Origin: Bianquea renquensis
GTDB taxonomy: Bacteria > Bacillota > Clostridia > Lachnospirales > Bianqueaceae
NCBI RefSeq assembly: GCF_014384895.1
Contig: NZ_JACRSQ010000001.1
Span: forward strand, 99,493-163,492
DNA: 64,000 nucleotides
Direction: 5' to 3'
This document shows positions 9,989-19,189 of this stretch, one piece after another. Within the stretch, counting starts at the first letter, position 1; every line of letters begins with the position of its first letter. The notes beneath the pieces are model-generated. The model was not told the DNA's origin. It saw only the letters and a list, made by a program, of their open reading frames with translations, and searched no databases. The translations under genes and the position numbers were made by a program.

Positions 9989-12280
9989 ATGGAATTGCCG
10001 GTTTTAGTGATACGCGGATTTGTTTTATTTCCTGGACAGTTGGCGAATTTTGAAGTGGCCCGGGAAATCTCTATCCGCGCAATAGAAGAAGCCATCGCAG
10101 AGGGAGAGCATATCTTCATCGGGATTCAGCAAAACCCAATGGCAGAAGACCCCGGACGGGAGGGTCTGTACTCTACGATTTTGTTGGCGAGAATTATGAA
10201 GCTATTTCGAGTGCCGGGAGAGCAGGTTCGAGTGATGGTCGAGGCCAAGGAGCGGTGTAAGCTGGTGGAAGTGACAGGGCAGAATCCCTTCCGGGCTTCG
10301 GCGCTGGCCATCACGCCGGAGGAGGACGCTGCGCAAGAGTATGATCATGCCATGATGCGCCTTCTAAGAGAAAGCTTTGAGGAATACGCGTCCCTGGTGG
10401 AGGTGGTGCCGGAGACTGCACAAAAAATCGAGGGAATCGAAACTCTGTCCGCCCTTACGGATGAGTTGGCGTCCGACTTAGCGTTGGAATATGGGGATAA
10501 GGTTGCACTGTTCACCATGGAAGATCCCCGTGAGCGAGGGCAGCGAATACTACAGCTGCTTCAGCGGGAAAAAGAAATTTTGAGATTAAAAAAAGAGATT
10601 CAGGGCAGCGTGGTGCAGGGCATTTCAAAAAATCAGAAAGATGCGTATCTGCGGGAACAACTGCACGTGATCCAGGAGGCTCTGGGGGAGGGTAAGCATC
10701 AAGAGTTGAAAAAATTTCAGCCATTGTTGCAGGATGAGCGGCTCCCGCCGGTGGTCCGAGAGAAAATTGAGAAAGAGCTGCACCATCTCTCTGAACTGTC
10801 CATCATGTCCCCAGAATACAGCCTCTACGCGGAGTATCTGGAGCAGATTGCGGCTCTGCCATGGGGAGTCAAGAGCGAAGAGACGATTTCCATCCCGGAG
10901 GTGAGGCGAAAACTGGATGAAGATCACCAAGGACTTCAGAAAGTTAAGGGACGGGTTTTAGAATATTTAGCTGTGAGGAAGATCAGCCCATCCGCCTCTA
11001 GCCCCATCCTCTGCCTTGTTGGACCTCCCGGCGTAGGAAAGACGTCCATCGCAGCGTCCATCGCGGAAGCCATTGGCCGCCGTTATGTTCGAATTTCACT
11101 GGGAGGCGTCCGGGATGAGGCAGAGATCCGCGGGCACCGCAAGACATACATCGGAGCCATGCCGGGGCGGATTATCAATGGCCTGCGCCTGGCGAAAACG
11201 GCCAATCCACTCATGCTTTTGGATGAGATCGATAAGATGGCCAGCGATCTGCGCGGGGATCCCACCGCCGCGCTGCTGGAGGTGTTGGATACCTCTCTCA
11301 ATCACGAGTTTCGGGACGCTTACATAGAGGTTCCTTTTGATCTCTCCGATGTTTTCTTTATTGCAACGGCCAATAGTCTGACCAATGTGCCAAGGCCCCT
11401 ACTGGACCGCATGGAGATCATTGAGATGGAGAGCTATACGCCTTTTGAGAAGGTGTCCATCGCACAGCGCCATCTTCTGCCGAAGCTTTTAAAACGATAC
11501 GGATTGAAGAAAACGCAGATCAAAGTGCGAGATGCCGTCTACACCAAGATCATACAAGGGTATACGAGGGAGGCTGGCGTTCGGGATCTGGAGCGAAATT
11601 TAGATAAGATTTGCCGCAAGGCGCTTCAATTTTTGGTTGAGCAGAATAAAAACAGTGTGACCATAACGGAAAAGAACCTGGAAACCTATCTGGGAAGCCC
11701 GATTTACTTTGGGGACACAGCGCTGTCCGGCAACGAGATTGGACTGGTCAACGGGCTTGCCTGGACTTCCGTGGGCGGGGATATACTTCGCATCGAAGCG
11801 TGCGTCATGGGCGGATCTGGCAAGTTGGAGATGACAGGCCGGCTAGGGGAAGTGATGCGGGAGTCAGCCCACATTGCCTACTCCTACTTGCGCTCCATCG
11901 CTGAAGATCTGGGATTGCAGGAGACATTCTTTAAAAAACATGATTTTCACCTGCATATCCCAGAGGGGGCGGTGCCGAAGGACGGACCGTCCGCGGGGAT
12001 TACGATGGCAGTGGCGCTGATCTCGGCGGCGACAAAAAAGCCTGTCCGGATGGATACAGCCATGACAGGCGAGCTGACTTTGCAGGGGAGGGTTCTTCCC
12101 ATTGGCGGTCTGAAGGAGAAACTGTTGGCGGCGAAACAGCAGGGGATCGACCGCGTGCTTGTCCCAGAACAAAACCGGCGGCAGGTTGCGAAGCTGGAGC
12201 CGGATGTGACAGATGGAATGACGATTCAATATGTGAGCAATATGGATGAGGTCACAAAACTGGCCTTCGCGGAGGAATGA
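9989..12280 (+). CDS. lon: ATP-dependent protease Lon (LonA)
   Basis: 763 aa with an N-terminal LON domain, Walker A GPPGVGKTS and the catalytic Ser in PKDGPSAGITMA. Start ATG 9989 follows RBS GAGGGGAG. Confidence 0.9.
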   Translation: MELPVLVIRGFVLFPGQLANFEVAREISIRAIEEAIAEGEHIFIGIQQNPMAEDPGREGLYSTILLARIMKLFRVPGEQVRVMVEAKERCKLVEVTGQNPFRASALAITPEEDAAQEYDHAMMRLLRESFEEYASLVEVVPETAQKIEGIETLSALTDELASDLALEYGDKVALFTMEDPRERGQRILQLLQREKEILRLKKEIQGSVVQGISKNQKDAYLREQLHVIQEALGEGKHQELKKFQPLLQDERLPPVVREKIEKELHHLSELSIMSPEYSLYAEYLEQIAALPWGVKSEETISIPEVRRKLDEDHQGLQKVKGRVLEYLAVRKISPSASSPILCLVGPPGVGKTSIAASIAEAIGRRYVRISLGGVRDEAEIRGHRKTYIGAMPGRIINGLRLAKTANPLMLLDEIDKMASDLRGDPTAALLEVLDTSLNHEFRDAYIEVPFDLSDVFFIATANSLTNVPRPLLDRMEIIEMESYTPFEKVSIAQRHLLPKLLKRYGLKKTQIKVRDAVYTKIIQGYTREAGVRDLERNLDKICRKALQFLVEQNKNSVTITEKNLETYLGSPIYFGDTALSGNEIGLVNGLAWTSVGGDILRIEACVMGGSGKLEMTGRLGEVMRESAHIAYSYLRSIAEDLGLQETFFKKHDFHLHIPEGAVPKDGPSAGITMAVALISAATKKPVRMDTAMTGELTLQGRVLPIGGLKEKLLAAKQQGIDRVLVPEQNRRQVAKLEPDVTDGMTIQYVSNMDEVTKLAFAEE

Positions 12281-12281
12281 G

Positions 12282-12875
12282 ATGATAGTCAATACAGTAT
12301 CACTGGAAACCGTGGCGGGCATGGCCAGCCAAATTCCAGACACGAAGCTGCCGGAGGTTGCGTTTGTCGGAAAGTCCAACGTGGGAAAGTCCTCCCTTAT
12401 CAATACACTGGTTGGCAGAAAAGCCCTGGCTCGAACTAGTTCAGCGCCAGGCAAAACGCGGACGATCAACTTTTATAATGTGGAGGATCTGCTATATTTC
12501 GTAGATTTGCCGGGATACGGATATGCCAAGGCGTCAAAACAGGAGCAAGAGCGGTGGGGGAAGGTTATTGAGTCCTATTTAACCAGACGGAGCCAGCTCA
12601 AACTTTTGTTATTCCTGGTGGATATCCGCCATGAGCCGGGCGCCAACGACCGGCAGATGATGGAGTGGATCCGCTATTATCAGTTCGACCCGATCATCAT
12701 TGGGACAAAGAGCGATAAGATCAAGCGCAGTCAGATCCAGAGGCAGGTGGCGGTGCTGGCTAAGTCCTTAGGCGTGGAGGACCGGTCCAGGATTATCCCG
12801 TTTTCTGCGCTGGATAAATCAGGGCGGGACGCTGTATGGGATCAGATAGAAGCCGCCCTCAGAGTGCAAGGGTGA
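12282..12875 (+). CDS. engB: Ribosome biogenesis GTPase EngB/YihA
   Basis: G1 motif GKSNVGKSSLIN and G3 DLPGYG. The position after lon matches Bacillus lonA-ysxC. Confidence 0.85.
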   Translation: MIVNTVSLETVAGMASQIPDTKLPEVAFVGKSNVGKSSLINTLVGRKALARTSSAPGKTRTINFYNVEDLLYFVDLPGYGYAKASKQEQERWGKVIESYLTRRSQLKLLLFLVDIRHEPGANDRQMMEWIRYYQFDPIIIGTKSDKIKRSQIQRQVAVLAKSLGVEDRSRIIPFSALDKSGRDAVWDQIEAALRVQG

Positions 12876-12900
12876 CGAGGAAGCGCGCTATGAAACAAAA

Positions 12901-12927
12901 GGCCGGGATTTCCCTCCCCGGCCTTTT
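12901..12927 (+). terminator. Rho-independent terminator after engB
   Basis: GGCCGGG(12901-07)/CCCGGCC(12917-23) stem followed by TTTT. Confidence 0.6.
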
Positions 12928-12928
12928 C

Positions 12929-12982
12929 CCATAGAAAAGCCCGCCGGGAGGCGGACCTAATTTAAGTTCGCGGGGTGCGAAG
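12929..12982. repeat. Copy of a dispersed two-hairpin intergenic repeat (ATAGAAAAGCCCGCCGGGAGGCGGAC + AAGTTCGCGGGGTGCGAAG)
   Basis: Shares the TCCGCC-GGGA-GGCGGA hairpin and the AAGTTCGCG..GCGAA hairpin with the copies at 40521-40588 and 58329-58652. On the minus strand it reads as a terminator for the convergent DUF4364 gene. Confidence 0.55.
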
Positions 12983-12983
12983 A

Positions 12984-13511
12984 TCACTGCGATTTTAAAT
13001 CCTGCAATAGATTTCGATACAGAGACATCCCCTTTTTTAACCAGTTGTTGCGGATGATGTTGGCTTCCTCCTCCGACGAGACGTTGACTTGGAAATCCAG
13101 AATCGTGCGGTCGTAATCCTTGACGCGGCATTGAACCTGGCGCCGTTCGCCGTCATCCATTTGATGAACCTCAGCCTCGATCCGCAACATAGAGGAACTG
13201 TTGAGCCGGGATGTCTGGACATATTCGTTGATCTCCATTCGAATGCTGTGTGGGATCCGGGACTTAAACAGCTCCAGTATCTCCATACCTTGGGGGTATA
13301 GCGTGTAGACAGTCCGGTTTTCATCCTTCTGTTCACAGATGAGCTTTGCCTCCGCCAACTCATTCACATATTGCTGCAATGTAAAATAATCCATGTATCC
13401 TTTAAAAAGAATATAGTCAAAAAGATCGATACGCGTCATATCGCCTTTTTTCTGTATGAGATAGAGCACAATGAGTTTGTTGCTGGTGAGATGGTTATAG
13501 TTTGCGTTCAC
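12984..13511 (-). CDS. DUF4364-family protein
   Basis: The ..NKLIVLYLIQKKGDMTRIDLFDYILFKGYMDYFTLQQYVNELAEAKLI.. pattern is typical of DUF4364. A GTG start at 13511 is preceded by a strong RBS AGGAAAGGGGGA; the ORF-track start 13691 lies in AT-rich upstream DNA. Confidence 0.5.
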   Translation of the reverse strand: MNANYNHLTSNKLIVLYLIQKKGDMTRIDLFDYILFKGYMDYFTLQQYVNELAEAKLICEQKDENRTVYTLYPQGMEILELFKSRIPHSIRMEINEYVQTSRLNSSSMLRIEAEVHQMDDGERRQVQCRVKDYDRTILDFQVNVSSEEEANIIRNNWLKKGMSLYRNLLQDLKSQ

Positions 13512-13649
13512 TCGGAGTCCCCCTTTCCTAAGGAAAATATGTTCTCCTTTTTCTATTGTACTTGATTTACCCTTAAATGTAAAGGGGATTTTTGGATACA
13601 GGGTCAATATATAAAAGACACGGAGAGGGGACGTCTTTTCAAAATGGCC

Positions 13650-13678
13650 TTGACATTTTCCTGAGAACAACGTATAAT
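13650..13678 (+). promoter_or_regulatory. Sigma-A-type promoter for the hisS-aspS leader
   Basis: TTGACA (13650-55), a 17-nt spacer, then TATAAT (13673-78). Confidence 0.5.
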
Positions 13679-13689
13679 AGTGGACAATC

Positions 13690-13925
13690 AAGGAAATCGT
13701 TGAGCAGTGAGGAGTAGCCGGGGAGAAGCTTTTCAGAGAGAGGGACGAGGGTGGAAGTCTCTCAAGCGTTCACCGCGTGAAGACACCTGGGAGAGGCTCT
13801 GGACGGGCACGGTCGCCGCCGTTATGGGCGTTAAGAGGAAGAAGGCGTATGCGTTCTTTAAGCAGGGTGGCACCGCGAGATATCTCGTCCCTTTTGGGGG
13901 CGTTTTTTTATTATTTTTTTGCGAA
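13690..13925 (+). promoter_or_regulatory. T-box riboswitch leader (tRNA-sensing antiterminator) preceding hisS
   Basis: A conserved T-box sequence AGGGTGGCACCGCG (13864-77) is followed by a GC-rich hairpin and a U-tract (..GTCCCTTTTGGGGGCGTTTTTTT) just before the hisS RBS. The AGAGA (GA-motif) lies in the 5' stem region and a CAC His codon is present in the candidate specifier region. Confidence 0.6.
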
Positions 13926-13938
13926 TGGAGGATATAGC

Positions 13939-15198
13939 ATGTTAACACAAGCGCCGAGAGGTACCTATGATTTATTTGGAAGCGACATTCGGACGTGGCA
14001 GATGATTGAAAAAGAGGTTTACACCCTTATGGAGGAGTATCGTTTTCAGGAGATTCGCACGCCGATTTTTGAACATACGGAACTGTTTCAGCGGGGGGTT
14101 GGCGATACGACAGATATCGTGCAAAAGGAGATGTATACGTTTTTAGACAAAGGCGGCCGCAGTATCACCCTAAAGCCAGAGGGCACGGCTGGGGCGGCGA
14201 GAGCCTATCTGGAGCGAAGATTGTTTGCCGATGCCCAGCCGACGAAGCTCTTTTATCTGACACCGTGTTTTCGATATGAAAAGCCGCAGGCCGGACGGGA
14301 CCGGCAATTTTATCAGTTTGGCTGTGAGCTGTACGGGGCTGGTGGATATATGGCGGACGCGGAGGTTATATCCATCGCCTACAGCCTTCTTACCCGTCTG
14401 GGGATCAGCAATGTGACGCTGCACATTAATTCTTTGGGAGGGCCGCAGTGCCGAAAGGCCTACAATCAAAAGCTGGCAGAGTATTTTATGGACAACAGGG
14501 AAAAGCTGTGTCCCACCTGCCAAGAGAGATTGAATAAGAATCCCCTGCGGATCTTAGACTGTAAATCGCCGGTCTGTCAGGAAGTGGTGAAAGATGCTCC
14601 GTCAACCATCGACAATCTGGGAACGGAATGCCGGGAGCACTTCGACAATCTGACGAAGCAGCTGACGGAATTGGAAATTCCCTTTGTCATCGACAGCGGC
14701 ATCGTCCGGGGACTGGACTACTACACGCGGACGGTGTTTGAATTCGTCTGCAATGATATCGGGGCACAGGGGACCATATGCGGCGGCGGGCGCTACGACG
14801 GCCTGATCGAAGAGCTGGGAGGCGATCCGACGCCGGCCGTTGGATTTGCAATCGGTATCGGCCGGCTGATCATGGCGATGGAAGCCATCAGAGGGAAAAC
14901 TGTCTGGAAGGAAGAAGCCGATCTGTACATCGGCCACATTGGGGACAGCGCCGGAAAGACGGCGTCCCGGCTGGCATTTTTGCTCCGTTCAAAAGGATTC
15001 CGTGTAGAAACAGATCTGATGGGACGGAGTGTGAAGGCGCAGATGAAATATGCCAACAAAATCGGCGCGCGATTCACTTTAATTTTGGGGGATACGGAGA
15101 TATCGCAGAAGGAAGCCGTGCTAAAAAATATGGCGGACGGCTCCACGATGCAGGTACAGTTTGAAGACTTGGAAGCCCTTGGGGCGGCAATCCGATAA
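13939..15198 (+). CDS. hisS: Histidine--tRNA ligase
   Basis: 419 aa; class II aaRS motifs and a HisRS-specific N-terminus MLTQAPRGTYDLFG. Start ATG 13939 lies downstream of the T-box terminator. Confidence 0.9.
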   Translation: MLTQAPRGTYDLFGSDIRTWQMIEKEVYTLMEEYRFQEIRTPIFEHTELFQRGVGDTTDIVQKEMYTFLDKGGRSITLKPEGTAGAARAYLERRLFADAQPTKLFYLTPCFRYEKPQAGRDRQFYQFGCELYGAGGYMADAEVISIAYSLLTRLGISNVTLHINSLGGPQCRKAYNQKLAEYFMDNREKLCPTCQERLNKNPLRILDCKSPVCQEVVKDAPSTIDNLGTECREHFDNLTKQLTELEIPFVIDSGIVRGLDYYTRTVFEFVCNDIGAQGTICGGGRYDGLIEELGGDPTPAVGFAIGIGRLIMAMEAIRGKTVWKEEADLYIGHIGDSAGKTASRLAFLLRSKGFRVETDLMGRSVKAQMKYANKIGARFTLILGDTEISQKEAVLKNMADGSTMQVQFEDLEALGAAIR

Positions 15199-15215
15199 TA
15201 CTAGGAGGAAAGACA

Positions 15216-17009
15216 ATGGAGGAAGCATTGAGTGGAGTGAAGCGCACCCTGTACTGTGGGGAGTTGCGGGAAGAGCATATCGGCCAGCGCGTTACGATTA
15301 TGGGATGGGTACAGAAACAGCGAAACAAAGGCAGCCTCATCTTTTTGGATATACGGGACCGGAAAGGGGTCGTCCAGGCAGTTTTATCGCAGGATCAGGC
15401 CACGGAGGAGACATTTGAGAAGGCCAGCCGTATCCGCAGTGAGTATGTGGTTGCTGTCACAGGGATTGTGAAGGCACGAGATGGCGGCGTCAACGAAAAG
15501 TTAGCCACAGGCGGGGTTGAAGTCGAAGTTCAGGAGCTTAAGATCTTATCACAGGCCAAGACACCGCCCTTCCAGATTTTAGATGAGGTGGAGGTGCGGG
15601 ATGAGCTGCGCTTAAAATATCGCTATCTGGATCTGCGCAGGCCGCGGCTGCAAAAGAATCTCTTGCTGCGCCATCAGGTGGCACAGTCTATACGAAATTT
15701 CTTGAATCAGGAGAATTTTCTGGAGATTGAGACGCCCATGCTGATCAAAAGCACGCCCGAGGGCGCCCGGGATTATCTGGTTCCAAGCCGCGTCCATCCA
15801 GGAGAATTCTACGCGCTTCCGCAATCGCCCCAGATGTATAAACAATTGTTGATGATCTCTGGATTTGACCGCTACTATCAGATCGTTCGATGCTTCCGGG
15901 ACGAGGATTTGCGCGCGGACCGGCAGCCAGAATTTACACAGGTGGATATGGAGATGTCCTTCGTCGAGGAAGATGACGTCATGGACGTGAACGAGCGGAT
16001 GCTGGCACATGTGTTCCGGGAATCCGCCGGATGGGAGATCCAATTGCCATTGCCCCGAATCACCTGGCAGGAAGCCATGGATCGATTTGGGTCGGACAAG
16101 CCGGACATGCGTTTTGGAATGGAAATTACGGATATTTCGGAGGTGGTGTCCCACTGTGGGTTTCAGGTGTTTGAAAGCGCGGTGGCGGATGGAGGAAGCG
16201 TGCGGGGGATCACGGCCCCAGGATGTGCGGGGATGCCTCGCAAGCAGATCGATGCACTGGGAGAAATCGCAAAACTCTTCAAAGCCAAGGGATTAGCGTG
16301 GATTGCCTTTCTTGAGGATGGATCGGTCAAATCCCCCATCGCCAAGTTTTTAACGGACGAGACCGTAGCCGCTATCGGGTCCGCTATGGGAGCGAAAAAA
16401 GGCGATCTGTGCCTGCTCTGTGCCGACCGCAATCCAGTGGTGTGGAGCGTGCTTGGCAACTTGAGATTGGAGATGGGCCGAAGGCTGGGATTGACGGATC
16501 CTGAGAAGCATGCCTTCGTGTGGGTGACGGATTTTCCAATGTTTGAGTACAATGAGGAAGAGGGCCGGTACACGGCAATGCACCATCCCTTTACCATGCC
16601 GCGGGAAGAGGATTTGGTCTATCTGGAGAGCGCGCCCCATAAGGTTCGCGCGAAGGCGTACGATATCGTGCTCAACGGTGTGGAGATCGGTGGCGGCAGC
16701 ATCCGTATCCATCAGCGCGACGTCCAGGAGCGGATCTTTAAGGCTCTGGGCTTTACCATGGAAGAGGCGGCAAATCGGTTTGGATTCTTTATGGAAGCCT
16801 TTACCTACGGAGCGCCGCCCCACGGGGGCTTGGCCTATGGCTTTGACCGCTTGATTATGCTCATGAGCGGGGAGGATAGCATCCGTGACGTGATCGCATT
16901 CCCTAAGGTGAAGGACGCCTCATGCTTGATGAGCGGCGCGCCGGATAAGGTTGATGTGCAGCAGCTGGACGAGCTGCATCTGGCCATCGAACAGGAGAAA
17001 ACGGAGTAA
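15216..17009 (+). CDS. aspS: Aspartate--tRNA ligase
   Basis: 597 aa; OB-fold N-domain and class II core (..FRDEDLRADRQPEFTQ.., ..GGGSIRIH..). The hisS-aspS pairing is conserved. Confidence 0.95.
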   Translation: MEEALSGVKRTLYCGELREEHIGQRVTIMGWVQKQRNKGSLIFLDIRDRKGVVQAVLSQDQATEETFEKASRIRSEYVVAVTGIVKARDGGVNEKLATGGVEVEVQELKILSQAKTPPFQILDEVEVRDELRLKYRYLDLRRPRLQKNLLLRHQVAQSIRNFLNQENFLEIETPMLIKSTPEGARDYLVPSRVHPGEFYALPQSPQMYKQLLMISGFDRYYQIVRCFRDEDLRADRQPEFTQVDMEMSFVEEDDVMDVNERMLAHVFRESAGWEIQLPLPRITWQEAMDRFGSDKPDMRFGMEITDISEVVSHCGFQVFESAVADGGSVRGITAPGCAGMPRKQIDALGEIAKLFKAKGLAWIAFLEDGSVKSPIAKFLTDETVAAIGSAMGAKKGDLCLLCADRNPVVWSVLGNLRLEMGRRLGLTDPEKHAFVWVTDFPMFEYNEEEGRYTAMHHPFTMPREEDLVYLESAPHKVRAKAYDIVLNGVEIGGGSIRIHQRDVQERIFKALGFTMEEAANRFGFFMEAFTYGAPPHGGLAYGFDRLIMLMSGEDSIRDVIAFPKVKDASCLMSGAPDKVDVQQLDELHLAIEQEKTE

Positions 17010-17037
17010 ACCAGCGCGGCTTTCGATAGATCAAAAA

Positions 17038-17069
17038 CGGGAGTTTATGTATCTCGACATAAACTCCCG
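17038..17069. terminator. Hairpin terminator between convergent aspS and an HPr-like gene
   Basis: 12-bp stem CGGGAGTTTATG/CATAAACTCCCG. A U-tract follows on the minus strand (TTTTTG) and an A-tract on the plus strand. Confidence 0.55.
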
Positions 17070-17093
17070 GGAAGTGCTAAAAAAAAAGACTGC

Positions 17094-17327
17094 TTACTTT
17101 GCCAGAAAAGCAGTCAGTTCCGGTAATACCTTCTCCGCCACGGCGTCGTCGTGGACGTCTAGACGAATGGGCTGGCTCAGATCTAGGCTAAAAATTCCCA
17201 TGATAGACTTGGCATCGATGACATATCGACCGGAGACAAGGTCAAATTCGCCCTCATAGCGACTCACAGTATTGACAAAATTTTTAACCTTGTCGATAGA
17301 GTTTAATAAAACTTCTACAGATTGCAT
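17094..17327 (-). CDS. HPr-family phosphocarrier-like protein (Crh-like: Ser46 region KSIMG conserved, no His15)
   Basis: ..VIDAKSIMGIFSLDLSQPIRLDV..DDAVAEKVL.. aligns with the HPr Ser46 regulatory region, but the His15 position reads NSIDK. Start placed at ATG 17327 (RBS AAAGGGGTAG); the ORF-track start is 17381. Confidence 0.45.
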   Translation of the reverse strand: MQSVEVLLNSIDKVKNFVNTVSRYEGEFDLVSGRYVIDAKSIMGIFSLDLSQPIRLDVHDDAVAEKVLPELTAFLAK

Positions 17328-17443
17328 AGGATCTACCCCTTTCAAATTGGACATAATATGTTGATTCAATCTCTCTCCCATACCTCTTTATCTTAAGTGT
17401 TTCCCGAAAATATGTCAACTATTATTTTCACTAAAAATTTATG

Positions 17444-17472
17444 TTGTAATTCTTTGGTTTATTAGATATAAT
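17444..17472 (+). promoter_or_regulatory. Candidate sigma-A promoter for mtaB in an AT-rich divergent region
   Basis: TTGTAA, a 17-nt spacer, then TATAAT. Confidence 0.4.
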
Positions 17473-17564
17473 ATAGGAATAAGAGATGTTGCGGAGTAAA
17501 AGCCTGCAAGGTGGAAATGCGGTAAAATACTGTATCAGGCCTTGCTATCAATCGAGGTGTATTT

Positions 17565-18911
17565 GTGGACGAAAGAAAAGAGCGGCATCAGGATATGGAG
17601 ATGAGAGTCGCTTGTTGCACTTTGGGGTGCAAAGTGAATCAATATGAGTCCCAAACTGTTTTGGATCGATTTGCGGAGCATGAGTATCGCATCGTGGATT
17701 TCTCCGACTTCGCGGATGTGTATATCATCAACACCTGCACAGTGACCCAGATTGCAGCTAGAAAATCGAGGCAGATGATTCATCGGGCAAGAAAGCATAA
17801 TCCCAATGCGGTGATTGCGGCCATGGGCTGTTATATCCACAAGGACGAGGGACAGATTTTGGACGGCATCGTCGATGTGGCGGTGGGAAATCGGGATAAG
17901 ATGAACATCCTTTCTCTGGTGGAAGACTGCCAGCGCCAGCGTGGGCTTCGAGTGCCGGGGACTCCTGAGGCTTCTGAGAACCGCAGAGGCCCTCGGCGCG
18001 GCCCAGGCAGGGAGCAGACTCGGGCGTTCTTGAAGGTGCAGGACGGATGCCGCCAATACTGTTCTTACTGCATTATACCCTACGTTCGTGGGCCCTTGGC
18101 GAGCAAAGAGCCTTATCAGGCGGTGGCGGAAGCGCGTGACTTTGCAGAGGCTGGCTATAAAGAGATTGTGTTGACAGGAATACATTTGAGCTCTTATGGC
18201 AAAGATTTAGAAAAGCCTTCGTCCCTGGCGGAGCTCATCGGGCTGCTGGGACAGATTGAGGGCCTTCACCGGATTCGGTTGGGCTCACTGGAGCCCAGAA
18301 TGATAACGCAATCCTTTTTGGACTCCGTGGGTGGAACTCGTACGCTATGCCCGCATTTTCATTTATCGCTGCAGAGCGGCAGTGCTGCAACCCTGTCGCA
18401 GATGAACCGAAAATATACGCCCGACGAATATGGAAAAGCGGTGGACCTTTTGCGGGCAACCTACGCTGACGCCGCCGTTACAACCGATGTGATTGTGGGA
18501 TTTCCCGGGGAGACGGAGGCAGAATTTCTTGCATCCGCTGATTTTGTGAGAACCATTGGATTCGCCCACGTCCATGTATTTAAGTATTCCCGCATGGAGG
18601 GGACAAAGGCGGCGGAGCGCCCGGACCAGATTCCAGAGGAGGAGAAGCAACGGCGCAGCGAAGAGATGCTGAGGATTGCGGATGAAGGCTCGCGGCACTA
18701 TCTGACCAAGTATATTGGGGCTGTCAAGGAAGTGTTGGTGGAAGAGTATCATGTGGATGGAAAATACTGGGAAGGATATACCGATAATTATATTAAGGTA
18801 CGAATACCCGCGGAGGATGGGTACGACTGGCGAAATCAATTGCTGCACATCAAGCTTGAATCCATGGATGTCAGACAGCATGACTATTATATGTGGGGGG
18901 TGACTGTATGA
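17565..18911 (+). CDS. mtaB: tRNA t6A37 methylthiotransferase MtaB (MiaB-like radical SAM)
   Basis: N-terminal MTTase cluster ..CTLGCKVNQYES.., a radical-SAM CxxxCxxC (CRQYCSYCIIP) and a TRAM-like C-terminus. A GTG start at 17565 follows GAGGTG; alternative ATG starts are 17595 and 17601. Confidence 0.8.
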   Translation: MDERKERHQDMEMRVACCTLGCKVNQYESQTVLDRFAEHEYRIVDFSDFADVYIINTCTVTQIAARKSRQMIHRARKHNPNAVIAAMGCYIHKDEGQILDGIVDVAVGNRDKMNILSLVEDCQRQRGLRVPGTPEASENRRGPRRGPGREQTRAFLKVQDGCRQYCSYCIIPYVRGPLASKEPYQAVAEARDFAEAGYKEIVLTGIHLSSYGKDLEKPSSLAELIGLLGQIEGLHRIRLGSLEPRMITQSFLDSVGGTRTLCPHFHLSLQSGSAATLSQMNRKYTPDEYGKAVDLLRATYADAAVTTDVIVGFPGETEAEFLASADFVRTIGFAHVHVFKYSRMEGTKAAERPDQIPEEEKQRRSEEMLRIADEGSRHYLTKYIGAVKEVLVEEYHVDGKYWEGYTDNYIKVRIPAEDGYDWRNQLLHIKLESMDVRQHDYYMWGVTV

Positions 18912-19189
18912 GCGAATTTGACACACAGTATTTCCGGATTATCAATGATTCGGAAAATATGGTACGCAATACGCTGATCGATGTGTACCGGTCTCTGATG
19001 TTTAAGGGATATAATCCTGTCAACCAGATGGTGGGGTATATTATGTCCGGAGATCCGACCTATATCACCAGCTATGATAATGCGAGAAGTAAGATTACGC
19101 ATATTAATCGGGACGAGATCGTAGAAGAATTGGTGAAAGCATTTGTGGAGCATTATCAGCTGGACAAGAAAGAAGATCCCCGGCCATGA
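18908..19189 (+). CDS. ireB: IreB-family regulatory phosphoprotein (UPF0297/YrzL)
   Basis: MSEFDTQYF.I.....VRNTL..VY.SL..KGYNPVNQ.VGY..SGDP.YITS is the canonical UPF0297 sequence. The ATG overlaps the mtaB stop (ATGA). The ireB-ruvX synteny is present. Confidence 0.75.
   Translation: MSEFDTQYFRIINDSENMVRNTLIDVYRSLMFKGYNPVNQMVGYIMSGDPTYITSYDNARSKITHINRDEIVEELVKAFVEHYQLDKKEDPRP

Noticed and set aside
12984-13691. ORF-track start at 13691 for the DUF4364 gene (235 aa)
   Set aside because: The first 60 codons run through AT-rich DNA that contains the T-box promoter region of the divergent hisS unit and lacks the DUF4364 N-terminal pattern. A GTG at 13511 with a strong RBS gives the expected ~175-aa protein.
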